Source: Diplonema japonicum (Eukaryota > Protista > Euglenozoa: Diplonemea). From it: a DNA stretch of 64,000 nt. The notes under the pieces were generated by a model. The model saw nothing but the letters and a program-made list of their open reading frames with translations, did not search any database and was not told the origin of the DNA. The stretch lies in contig OZ025682.1 in the NCBI GenBank assembly GCA_964019335.1, positions 62,001-126,000 of the forward strand, written 5' to 3'. The stretch's first letter is position 1. Every line of letters starts with the position of its first letter. A program made the translations under genes and the position numbers. Of this stretch, positions 1 to 11,713 are shown in pieces.

Positions 1-1
1 G

Positions 2-3000
2 TGCAGCGAAGGCCTGGGGGTGGGGTCGAGCGACCCTTCGGATTCGATGCCGATCTTCTCCGACAGGACGAAGGTGACGAAACCCTTCAGCGTGAAGAAG
101 CCGGTGGTGGACATGGTCGAGATCTACTCACAGTCGACCCCCACAGCGGAGAAAGAGTACGGGAAGGAGGCCATCTACGTTGGGGAGATGTTCTCTGCGG
201 AGGTGCAGAACGTGCAGGTCTTCGGCGCCCACGACAAGAAGTGGTCTCTGAACGAACAGGCTGGGTCGTCGGCGTGGATGAGGACGATGAGCGTGAGGAG
301 CGTGTGGAAGCCTGCAAGCGGTCACGCGACGTCCAGCGTCGAGATGCGCTACGGGAACGGAGGCTTCATGCTGGACGGGGCGGCGAGGGCGTCGGTGGCG
401 ACAGGGTGCTCCGCGGCGGTGACAACTGTCGAGTTCGAGTCTGCGTCGGTGATGCCCGCGTCGCTGAGCGGGGCGGCGAGCGGCTCGCTCTCCTTCTTCT
501 TCGCGCGCCCTTGCCAGAGCTGCGAGGTGTGGCTGGATTACACGCTGACGCCGCCGACCGGGATGAGCGGGATGGGGTTGGAGGGGAGAGGCCACAAGGG
601 AAGCTTCCCCTTGAGGATGTACTCGATGGTGTCGTCTGGGCTGGAACAGCTTCCCGCAGTTGGGCAGCCCCTCGTCTACATGGTGAAGACCTGCGGGTCC
701 AGCTGGCTCCTCGGGTCCGTTCCGCCCGTCGCTGTGAGGAGGAGGAAGGCCTTCTCCGTGACAGCCCTGAGGGTGGACGCGCACAACATCCCCTCGTGGG
801 ACAGCAAGTCGACTGCGGCCCTCTCCCTGAGCACGAACAGCGGGAACGGCGGGGGTGGAAAGGCGGCCCTGACCTCGCCTTCGTCGGAGTCGTCGGACTC
901 TGCGGTGATGGCGCAGGAGGGGAGCGCAACCGCAAGGCTCTTCCTGACGAGGGCGTGCTACCACTGCGTCCTCAACTTCGCGGGCATACGCCACCACTTC
1001 ACGGTCTTGACGGACCCGAAACAGATCATCGCAATTCCGACCTTCTCCTCGAAGGACAAGACGCAGTGGCTGACGAACGTGGGGGACGTGGGTCAGTGGA
1101 TTTACGAGATCTACGCCGCGGACGAGCTCGGAGACAGGTCCTACGTGGTCGGGGGCCCCACCCCCTTCGCCTTCCAGCCCATGTACTCCACTTACAACAC
1201 CGGCGGCGGCTCGAGGGTAGGGAAGGCGCTGTCGCTCTCGGCCCCGGCTGCGGCCGCCTCGCCCTCCGTCACCCTCACGGATGCAACGCTCTCGCTGTCC
1301 ACCCTGACGGCGGGGACGCCGACCACGTACAAGGTGACGAACGGGTCGGTTGTGCACAACGGGATCCCCATCCCGTCCGTTGGGAAGGAGCTCGGGGAGG
1401 TAGGAACGGCGACGGTAGAGCTGAGCGGAGACGTCCCCGCTGTCGATTTCCCGTTGCAGTTCACGATGGACGGGGCGAGCGGGGCGGCCGCCACCTTCTG
1501 GGGGGAGAAGAAGACGCCGATGGTGGACTGGTCTCCCGTCGCGGACAGGATGGCGGTGGACGACCCAGCGAGCAACAGCGCGCAGAGCCCGCAGTGTCTG
1601 GCAACCGGGATGACGGGGACCGGGGACTGCCACTTCAAGGTGTATGCGATCGCGCGCTCTCCGGCGGCGACCTCCGCCACCACCACCTGGTACAAGTCGG
1701 TCTCGAACGTGGCCGGAAACGTGACGGCAACGGTGACCTGCGCGGCGTGCGCGACCGCCGAGATCATGCCCCCGACAGGGATCCCCTTCTGGAGGGGCGA
1801 GGCTAGCTTCAAACTGAAGGTGCTCACGCTCACGGGAACAGCGGCCTGCTCGTGCGACGTCACCGTGACACCGCCGGCGGCCCTCACGAACGCTACCGCG
1901 CAGACCTTCACGGTGTCCGCGACCCCGGCAACGGTGTTGACCTCCGAGGTGTGGAACTGGGGGGCGTCGGCGACGGTGATGGCGGCGAACGGCGCGGCGA
2001 ACAGCATATTGAACCGCTCCGTGGCGCTGTCTCTGATGGCGTGGGACAGCACGGAGAAGCAGACGGGGCTCGGCGGGCTCACCTGGGCTGCGAACGAGGT
2101 CGCCTTCGACAGCGCGGGAGTGACCCCGAGCGGCTGCTTCGTGTGCACAAGCATCCCGATGGCTGGGGTGTGCGGGATCACCGTCGACAGCACCGGCGGC
2201 GACGTCGTGAGCATCGCGGGTGTTTTCACCACGACCGGGACCTGCACCATCGCGAGCACCGCCTTCGGAGGCTTCCCCGTTGCCTCGGGCTCGGCGACGG
2301 TGAACCCGAAGCAGGCGCTCGCTGTGGACGTGATGACCCCTTACGGGATCCTCCCCGCAGGCTCCCAGCCTGATGCGATGGGAGAGAAGGAGTCGAACTT
2401 CACGATGCAGGGGGGGAGAATCGACGACGACCTCGCCGCTGTGGTCGGGGAAGGAGCCCTTCTGGAGCTGAGAGTGCTGAACCAGAGCGGGAAGCCGGTG
2501 CTGGGGGACTACCACACCGAATTCACCCTGACCGGGATGAGGGACGGGAACCTCTCGAAGCTGGAAGTGCCCTACTGGCCGACGATGAAGGCGACGGCGA
2601 GGGGCGGCACCGTGCGCTTCTACCTAGACACGAACATCACGACCTTCATCCCCGACTGCGAAGAGGACGAGGTCGAGGACTGCCACGCCCCGTGGCTCTT
2701 CAACGTCTCTGCGTCGGCGCAGGTGTACGACACGACGGGGCTGATCGGGACGCAGGCCTTCTCAGACGTTGTGAACATCGGACCCCTGTACTTCGTGAGG
2801 AAGGCGGCTGTCATCGTCGTCGTCGCGAAAATCGGAACGGAGTGGCCGTCCAAGTGCGGGGAGATGGACGACAACGACGACATGCCCGCAAACGAGACGA
2901 TGGCCCCGATGACAGCCTCCCCGACCAACAACACGAAGGAGGAGTACAAGGAGTGCACCCCTATGGGGATGACCCCCGGGACCGGGAGCAGGAAACTGGA

Positions 3001-3728
3001 CAAGATGATCATGGACGGGTACGAGGTACTGAACGTGATGGGGGGAGACTCAGCGATGGGGATGGGGGGAGGCGGGAGCAACGGCTTCGGATCCGGGAGG
3101 GGCGAGATGCCCGTGGACGGACTCGGGATGGACCTGTACGTGGACGAGTGGCTTGCGTGGGTGGACATGAAGCTGGTGCCGAGGAAGGCGAGCTGGGAAC
3201 AAGGGTTCAAGTTCAAGATGAAGGTGCTGGCCCTCGACAAGACGGGAGAGGTTGTGGAGAACCCCGGGGACCTCGGGAACAAGGCGAAGATGATGATCAG
3301 GCCTCTCGCCGTCCCCTGCCTGAACGTTGACACGACCAGCAACTCGCTGTGGGTTATGGACACCTGCATCGACGGCGGTGGCGCTTGCAACACGGACCGC
3401 TCCATCAGTGCCCTCCCGCAGTGCAACCAAAAGCTCTCCGGTTGGACTTTCGAGAGCGAGGAGGTGGAGCTGGAGGAGGGGAAGGCGGAGATCGAAGACA
3501 TCTCCTTCAAGAGTTGGAAGTACATGAGCTCGGTTGAGAGGTTCATGCTCACCACGAACAGCTTCAGCGAGATGAAGGGTGGCGGAAGCTCTTCCTCGAT
3601 GCTGGACGGAATGACCTTCTTGTTCGAGGTGATGATGCAGAGGCCTAAGGCCATCTTCCCTCTCATGATGGGGAACATGTGTGATTTGAAGACCAAGAAG
3701 TATGTTTTTTTTCTTCTTTCTTTTTTTT

Positions 3729-3759
<31 letters not shown>

Positions 3760-5116
3760 GGTGCGAAGTGAACGCAACCATCGAACCAAACATGCCATTC
3801 GAGTTCCCGATTGGGTTGATCGACACGAACGGACACCTCATCACCGCCGACTCCACCTCGAACATCACCATGACAGGGGCCTGCATGGAGAGCGGTGTGA
3901 CGAACGCCTTCCTCGGGAAGATCGATCCCGTGACAGGCGTCGTTGACCCGACGGAAGTCCTGGTCTTCAACTTCAAGAACGGGATGGCCCACATACGCGA
4001 TGTCGGCGTCACCGCGACCTGCAACAAGATGGCCCTCACCTTCACCTGCACCGCTGGACCCGACGACAAGCTGAAGCTCTGCAACGGCATCTGGGGGACA
4101 GGTTACTTCGTCGTGGCAAACCCTCCAGGGAAGACCTCCGCCCCGGAGGTGGCCCCTGTCCCTGTCACCACCGAGCTCGACATGGGTATGAAAACATCCA
4201 GAAGTTAACAAATGTATTTTTCTCTTTTAGGTTCGATGGACTCTGCAACTTTCAGCACCCTCGATTCGACATACGCTGCTGACTTCGAGAACAAGATGTT
4301 GTCCATGTTGAAGTCCTCTCCAGGATTGGGGGTATGTGGAGGGGGAATGCGACAACAACAATAACAATAACAATAACAATAACAATAACAATAACAATAA
4401 CAATAACAATAACAATAACAATAACAATAACAATAACAATAACAATAACAATAACAATAACAATAACAATAACAACAACAACACCACCACCACCACCACC
4501 ACAGACGGTCTCGACAGTGATTTTGGAGTTCGTGTGCAACCTCGCCTCAGGATCGTCGATCACACCGGAAGACAAGCTGAACCCCGACGTGTGCCACGAC
4601 TTCAAGTCGACGCCGATGCCGACGACAGCGGCGCCAGTTGTGAACACCAGCAACATAACGTCAGGGTGGAGGGAGGCGGAGGAGCTGCAGACAGCGATCG
4701 TGACGAAGGCGCAGTTCCAGGTGGCTTCAGCAATCTCGCTGGACGTAACAAAGATGGCGACGAAAATAACATCCGCCATCAAGGAGGATCTGAACAGCTC
4801 CACCTCCACTCTGAAGAGCGGCTCGTCCACCTTCCAGCAGGCCACCGGGAACGGACTCAGCGTTGGTGTCCCAGACACCGTAATCCCCTCCACCTCCATC
4901 CCGAATACAGACGCCCCGCCCCCCGTCACCTCCGCCCCGGCGACCGACGCTCCCGCCACCGCAGAGCCCACCGCTCCCCCGACCCTGGCCCCCCCGACCG
5001 CGGTCCCCACCCTGCCAAACGTCACCGCCCCCTGGGACGCCGCCCCCACACTCCTCGCCCCCTCCCCCCTCTCCCTCTTCCTCGCCGCCGCTCTCGCAGT
5101 GCTCATGCTTCTGTGA
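2..5116 (+). CDS. Large Cys/Thr-rich cell-surface protein with mucin-like TxAP stalk and probable GPI-anchor signal; 5' partial. Exons <2-3699, 3761-4185, 4231-4331, 4505-5116
   Basis: Frame open from position 2. Three GTATG...AG introns (3700-3760, 4186-4230, 4332-4504) join ORFs 20..3730, 3702..4208 and 4334..5116 in frame. The C-terminus TSAPATDAPATAEPTAPPTLAPPTAVPT...LSLFLAAALAVLMLL* is a Pro/Thr/Ala stalk plus terminal hydrophobic tail. Confidence 0.8.
4352..4503. repeat. (AACAAT)n / (ACA)n / (ACC)n microsatellite inside intron 3 of the surface-protein gene
   Basis: Direct reading; it makes this the only intron in the window longer than 80 nt. Confidence 0.95.
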
Positions 5117-6063
5117 TGATGCATTTAACTTCCTTGTCCTTGTCATCTGATGGTACTCACAGCTAGCAGGCTGAGGTTTCAGCTAACACAGCAGCTGACG
5201 CATCTACAAGTGAAAACTAATGCTTTTAATCAAAGGAAAACATAGAGGGATCTCTGTATTAAAACGAAAAAAGAAAGCTCCCACACATCACAATGTTTTT
5301 ACACATAACCCCCCCTCCCCATCCCTATCCCCATCCTCTTGTTGTTTAACAACCCTCTTTCCTCTCTTCCTTTAAAAATTTACACTAGTTTATCTAAATG
5401 TACCCCATCTAAACTATTCTATATTTCCCCTTACTTGACGGTGCGTTGGAACCTTTATGAGTCTCTATACCTTTGCTCACCTCTCATTCTACCTTTCTTT
5501 TTTTCCCTTTTCTGTATCATTGGAAGGGCTTCCCACCTGAAGAGGACAACACCCGGAGGGAGCGTGATTGTCCGAAACCTATCTAGTGTGGCTTCTTCCC
5601 TTATTTAACAAGATGACCTGCAGCTCTCACGAGTTGCACGTGACTTCAAGTTTTTGTTTTTCTACGAAACCAAGTAACCAGCTTGCAGGCATTCTAAAGC
5701 TTGTGACTTTAACTTTTCCGTTTCTCCCTACAGCTTTGTACTGGCACCCTCCGCACAAAGAAAGTCCCCATTTTCTTTTAGTATACCGAAAGACATGCTG
5801 GTGAGCGCGAAAACGTGAACCTTGAATGTCCAGTTTATTGAGTATACACCCCTCGTCCCTTGTCTGAGCAGCATACCTGCTTTTGTAAAAAAGAAGGAAA
5901 ATAAATGGGACAACGGGTACTTATCTCCCCCCCCTTTTCCATTTCTTCCAAAGTTTTTATTTTTTTAGTCCCCACTTTATTTCGTACCATTCTGTACCGC
6001 ACGACAGAGGGAATAGCAACAATCGTAGCACAACCTTGAAGTAACAAGTTTAGAGGAAGCGAG

Positions 6064-9000
6064 ATGTCTTACAGAGGAGGAAAGGTATTCTTGCAAAGAA
6101 AAGAAGAAGAAAAATACAACAACCAACCAACAGGGTGGCGGCGGTGGCTACGGTGGGGGCTACGGGGGTGGCGGCGGTGGGAGGAGAGATGACAGGGACA
6201 GGAGAGACGACAGAAGAGATGATAGGAGGGGTGGTGGTGGCTACGGTGGGAGAGATGACAGGAGAGATGACAGGAGAGATGACAGGAGAGACGACAGAAG
6301 AGACGACAGGAGAGACGACAGGAGGGGTGGTGGCGGCGGCTACGGTGGTGGCTACGGTGGTGGCAGAGACGACAGGGACAGGAGAGATGATAGGAGAGAC
6401 GACAGGAGGGGTGGTGGTGGTGGTGGCTACGGTGGTGGCAGGGACGACAGGGACAGAAGGGGGCCTCCCGGTGACAGGGGCTTCGGCGGTGACAAGGGCG
6501 GCTTCAAAGGTGGCAAGGGTGGCGGCAAGAAGGGTGGTGGTGGCAAGAAGGGTGGAAAGAAGAGGAGGACCCCCCAGGAGGAAGCCACTGAGAGGCAGCT
6601 CGAGAGCAAGCAGCAGGACATGAACATTGCATCCCCTCACTTCCAGGTCAGCTTGTCTGGGAAGGTCGTGCGTGTCGTGGCCATCTCCTTCAGGGAAGAG
6701 AACGAGGGTGACGAGATCAAGGGCGCAGCTGCCCTGGGAATGAAGGAGAGCGACCCCAAGTGGGAGGCCATCATGTCGCAGGTCCTTGGAAACATGTACA
6801 AACAGATGAAGACTGACGACCTGCAGATGTCAGAGATCCGTGCCGCCTGCGTGCCAGCAGGGAACGTGGTGTACGTGAGAAACCCTTCACTGCTGCCCGA
6901 GGCTGGCTTCGCGTCCTTCAACCTGAAGGTGCGTCTTGGCCGTATTGTGAGGGAGTACACTGTGTCCCTCTCCGGCCAGAAGGACATCAAGCTCGACCTT
7001 GACGACCAGGAGTCGCAGCTCGCCGTGCAGACCATGACGCACAACATCATCCAGAAAACGCTCCGCAACTCATACGTCACGATGGACCCTAAGACCAAGA
7101 AGCTCTTGAACGCCGGGACCCCCGAAGGGGGCCTCACCATCATGAAGGGTGTCAAGCCCCGCATCGAGCTGATCGCCGTCGAGCAGGGCGCCGAGTCCTC
7201 GCTGTGGCTCGAGCTTGAGCCGTGTGTGAAGGTGACCTCCACCGTGAAGATCAACGACCTGCTGAGGGACTTGGACTGGGCTAACCTTGTTGGGTGCTCC
7301 GTGCTGACGCCCCACAACAACGCTATGTACAAGTTCAGGAAGGAAACCAGGGCCACTGCCTCTGAGTCCACCTTCACATCCCGTGGTGAGACCATCTCGC
7401 TCACAGACTACTTCAACAGCAAGCACGGCATCACCATCCCCGCCAACGACAAGGTCATCGAGGTCAAGAGCGCTGAGGGCAGGAGGTGCCTGCTGCCCGC
7501 GTCCATCTGCTGCGCGGACTACCTGACCGCCGACCAGAAGGCGCTCCTTCCCGGTACATGCTCCCTGCAGCCCTCGCAGAGGTTCACCATGGTGAATGAG
7601 GCTCTTGGTTTCCTGAAGGATGCCACTGCAAAGACAGAGCTGTCCAAGTGGGGTATCGACCTGGACACCACGTCCCTCATGAGGCACAAGGCCAAGAGGC
7701 TGGAACCCGTGAAGCTGTGCATTGGTGGCGATGCTGCGGTGACCAAGACCGCGGACTTCGGGCGCGAACTGATTCGTTTCTCATACGACAGATCTCTGCC
7801 CAAGAGCGACTTTGAAGTATTCGTGGCTGGATCCGACCCTCGTTCCACGGGCGACGCCAGGAACAGGTGGAGTGCCATCAACAGGGAAATGAACAAGGTG
7901 GGGGCACCCTACAGCGGTCGCACCATCGGCGACAAGGAGGCTGGCAGAGACGGATTCGAAAGGCTGCTGGAAGGGCAGAACCTCAAGGAGAACATGGTTG
8001 TGTTTGCAGGTCTGAGGGACGGCGACAAGCACGAGTATGCTGAGGTGAAGCAGTGGTGCGTGAAGCACGGTGTGTTGTCGCAGTGCCAGAACATCCAGAA
8101 GACGGAGAGGTTGAAGGCCATCAACGTCATTACGGCAAACTTCGCGAAGCAGGTGTGCCATAAGAAGGGTCTGCTGTCGTGGTGGTCTGCCATCGACGAA
8201 GCGGTGCCCTCTCTGCAGAACAAGGTGACCATGATGGTGGGCGTTGATGTCAACAGGATGGACGCTGAGCTGGCCGCCAAGGGTGACAAGATGGAGAGGA
8301 ACTGCAAGTCGTTCGCTGGATTCGTGGCGTGGATTTACGACCCCAGCCAGCAGGGCGCAATGAGGTGGAAGCACTACTGCGATGTGGTGGGCAAGGAAAC
8401 GAAGGACTCCTTCTACATCAACGAGCCAGGCGACGACAGCAAGTCGACCGCTGCGTCGGAGGCCACCAGCGGGCAGGACTTTGCATCGACAGGTACCAAG
8501 CTGAGGGACTTCTTGAGCGCGGCAGGGAGGAACTTCAAGGAGAGGGGTGTGGCGAAGGTGGACGAGATCATCGTGCTGAGGGACGGCGGGTCCTTCGGGA
8601 ACTACGAGGCGATCGAGCAGATGGAAGCGCAGCAGCTGGAGGACGCTGCCATGGACACAGACGCGTTCGGTGGACAGCCGTCAACCACCTTCGTCCTGCT
8701 GAACAAGAGGCCCTCAACAAGGTTCTTGGCTGACGCCGAGACCTGCACCGACGTTGGTATCGACGGTAGTGGGCACTTCAACTGCCCCCGTGGCCTGGTG
8801 GTGAACAGCCTCAACGACGGGCATGCCTCATACCGTTCCACGTTCTGGGTTGTGCCCCACTCTTGCAACCTGTCTACCACCATCCCCACCAAGTACATCG
8901 TCCTCGCCCAGTCCGAAGGCGACTCCGGCAGTGTCGTCAGCACAGATGAGCTCCCCAAGCTCATGTTCGACTTGGGCTACATGTACCCCAACTGGACAGA

Positions 9001-9241
9001 CGCTGTGAAGGTACGTGGAGGAGGGATCAAAGGGGGGTAAATAATAATAATAATAATAATAATAATGGGGAGAAAAAAAAAATACCAGGTTCCCTTCCCT
9101 GTGCAGTGTGCTAAGAAGCTTGCTGATCTGTTCTCCAAGGTATGGATGGAAAGGGGGGGAAAGAGGGGGTGAAAAAAAAAATAGCTCGAGCCTGGTATCA
9201 CTGTGCACGATGCGCTCCGTGACGGTCCTTTCTACCTGTAG
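6064..9241 (+). CDS. AGO: Argonaute/PIWI-family protein with N-terminal Gly/Arg/Asp-rich low-complexity domain. Exons 6064-6084, 6134-9010, 9089-9139, 9185-9241
   Basis: PAZ-like VLTPHNN...ISLTDYF...LLPASIC; MID YAEVK...GVLSQC; PIWI MVGVDV, VLRDGG, LLNKR, PRGLVV, PTKYIVL. After splicing the end reads YPNWTDAVKVPFPVQCAKKLADLF...GPFYL*. The upstream exon MSYRGGK splices in frame to the GGY/RRDD repeats and then ORF 6620.. Confidence 0.92.
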
Positions 9242-9844
9242 AGTGGGTGGCGTCCATGAAATGAGAGGAAAAGTGTGCTTTTTTTAAATAAGTTTGTCAA
9301 TGTTGACCTAGACTCAAGAAAAGTGTAATTGGAATGTGGTGAGACAGGAAAAAAAAAAAAAGAAAGAAAAAGACTTTTTAGCGTCCTTCGATCTTATCTG
9401 ATCTGATCTTGGTCCTTTGCTTTTGTTTCTTTCTCTTCTAAATTAGGGAATCGGACAAATAATAAGAAAAAAGAAGAAAAAAGTGTTGGGAAAAAAAAGA
9501 CCCAGAATCATACAAGAAAAAAAAACGAAAGCAGACAATTATAACTTCCCCAAGAAAAGAAAGAAAAAAAAGGGGTTTGTTCCTCTCTTCCCCCCCCCCC
9601 CCCCCTCTCGTCCTCCTTCGCTTCCCCACTTTTTTGTTTACCCATTTCACCTCCACTTTTTTTTCATTTCCCCCATCGTTATCCCTGTTTTTTTTTTTTA
9701 AATGTCCCCCTTTTGTAAATGTTGCCTTTTTAACGTCATAAAATACAAAAAAAATAAAATAAGAAAGCGTACACACTGGGGAGAGGGAAAGTATTTAAAC
9801 AAAAAAAAAAAAAAAAAGGAAGGGAAGGGAGAGGGGAAAAGAAA

Positions 9845-11266
9845 ATGCAAAACAATTCTCCAGAAATCCCTGTATCACCACTAACTACAGGATTTCTAGT
9901 GGGAGCGGTGGTGGCAGGCGCATGCCTGTCTGCTACACGGCCTAAAAGGCGGAAAAAAATCCTGATTTTGGGAGGGGGGACGAGAGGAGATGTTGAACCT
10001 CTAATAGTCTTGGGAGAGGGCCTGGAACGAGCAGGGTGTGAAGTAACAATGGGTGTAGGACTGGAGTACAAAAACTGGCAGGGGAAGAAAATACCTTGGA
10101 GCTGCATGACCCCTTTACACCACCCTACTGTCCGCAAAAACCCAAGCGTGGTGGCAGCAATAGAAAAAGGCTACTCGGGTGTGGAACAGTACAAGCTTGA
10201 GAAACTCCAAAAAGAGGCGGGTGCACTCCTGTCCGACAGGAAGGTCCAGGAGTATGACTTGATAGTGTCCTCAGCCCCATCGTTACCAGTGCTCCTTGCG
10301 CTGAACCATCTCTTCTGCACACCTTGCGTGTTGATCTTCCTCCAACCGTGGTGGGACTCCCAAGACTTCCCACCTGTTTTCGACGCTCCCGATCGTGCCT
10401 TCCAAAAAGGTTTCCACAAATCAACAGTTGCCGTGCTTAGGTCACTGCTGCCAGGCTCAGAGAAGCTGCGAAGGTTCGCAGACGAGACCTTCACACCGAA
10501 AGCATTTGGCGATTTGATCACAAACACCTACCCAGGGGGTGTGCGCACCTTGCATGCGTACCCTTTGAAACTATTATCGCCTGTCGGCCCGCCGCGGGAC
10601 TACCCTGCCAGCCTCATCGACAGTGTAGTGGGTTACGTCAGACGAAACAGCTTCCTCGTGCCGTCCAACGGGCTTCCTGATCACATCGCTACGTTTCTGA
10701 ACAAATGTAAAGAAGGAAACGTGAAAGTGGCGTACCTAGGGTACGGGTCCATGACGGTAGATGTGAAGGAGCGTGCCGCGGTGTTGGGGAAGTTCATTGA
10801 AGCCTTGAAGATAACAAAGATGGGGGGTGTCGTCCAAGAGGGTTGGGCTGGGTTCTGTGAAGGTGATATCGGTCTGGGTCTGAAGGCCAAGATGCTCCCC
10901 CCGTTGTGCTTTTCCGGCGAAGTGTCTCATGACGCGCTGTTCCCCTGTTGCGATGTGGTGCTGCATCACGGTGGTGCGGGCACTACTGCAGCTGCTCTTC
11001 TCTCCGGCACCCCGTCCCTTGTGACACCTCTCCACTTCGATCAAGCGTGGCACGCAGACGCTGTCGCCCGTCTCTCTTGCGGGCTTCGACTCCGCCCCCT
11101 TACCTCCCACACGGTCAGCCCTGCTGCCCTCGCTCAGACTTTGACCGACCTCACCCACCTTGTACAGGTCAAGAGATCCCGTGTTGTCGCAAGAGAGCTC
11201 CGTCAGCAAGACGGGCTGCACGCGATTGTCGGGACAGTTGCAAGTGCCTTGATGGGCGCTGGGTGA
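9845..11266 (+). CDS. UDP-glucose:sterol glucosyltransferase-like GT-B glycosyltransferase (GT1/GT28 type), intronless
   Basis: GGGTRGDVEP N-terminal motif, YLGYGSM, and the nucleotide-sugar signature HDALFPCCDVVLHHGGAGTTAAAL...P...FDQ. Confidence 0.88.
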   Translation: MQNNSPEIPVSPLTTGFLVGAVVAGACLSATRPKRRKKILILGGGTRGDVEPLIVLGEGLERAGCEVTMGVGLEYKNWQGKKIPWSCMTPLHHPTVRKNPSVVAAIEKGYSGVEQYKLEKLQKEAGALLSDRKVQEYDLIVSSAPSLPVLLALNHLFCTPCVLIFLQPWWDSQDFPPVFDAPDRAFQKGFHKSTVAVLRSLLPGSEKLRRFADETFTPKAFGDLITNTYPGGVRTLHAYPLKLLSPVGPPRDYPASLIDSVVGYVRRNSFLVPSNGLPDHIATFLNKCKEGNVKVAYLGYGSMTVDVKERAAVLGKFIEALKITKMGGVVQEGWAGFCEGDIGLGLKAKMLPPLCFSGEVSHDALFPCCDVVLHHGGAGTTAAALLSGTPSLVTPLHFDQAWHADAVARLSCGLRLRPLTSHTVSPAALAQTLTDLTHLVQVKRSRVVARELRQQDGLHAIVGTVASALMGAG

Positions 11267-11713
11267 TAGATGGGGAAATTAAAAAAAAAAAATTAATTAA
11301 AAAACCAAGTTAATAAGCCCCAACGTGTGGAGTATTTTCTTTTTCGGAGGAAGTGAGGAAAAAGAAGAGAAAGAAGAATGAAAAAAAATAAACCAATCTT
11401 GCTCTAAATAAAAAAAAGAAAAAGAAGGAAGAAATGAAAAAATATCGGATTACACCCCTTTATCTTTAAAAAAAAGGGAACCCCCATGTTACATAAACCG
11501 TAGTCAATAAAAAAAGGCACACTTTTCCAACTACCCTGTTCCAGTCGAACTATCGATGCCTAAAATAACTGCGGCCTATGCCTTTCCCCTTCTTTCCCCC
11601 CCCCCCCCCGTCTTCTTGCCTTTAAAGAAAAAAAACCCCCCCCAATCTATTATCATTCAAACAGAAACTTTACACACAACAAGGCTAACCACACTTTATT
11701 GGGGAAAAAAAAA

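Noticed and set aside
1-2515. Long alternative-frame ORFs (1..1806 +, 128..2515 -) and similar antisense ORFs over tubulin and the ATPases
   Set aside because: Shadows of GC-rich, strongly codon-biased real genes; Arg/Gly/His-rich nonsense translations.
5113-5175. Box C/D snoRNA candidate (GTGATGA...CTGA...CTGA)
   Set aside because: Box C overlaps the stop codon of the surface-protein gene; no terminal stem or recognisable rRNA guide.
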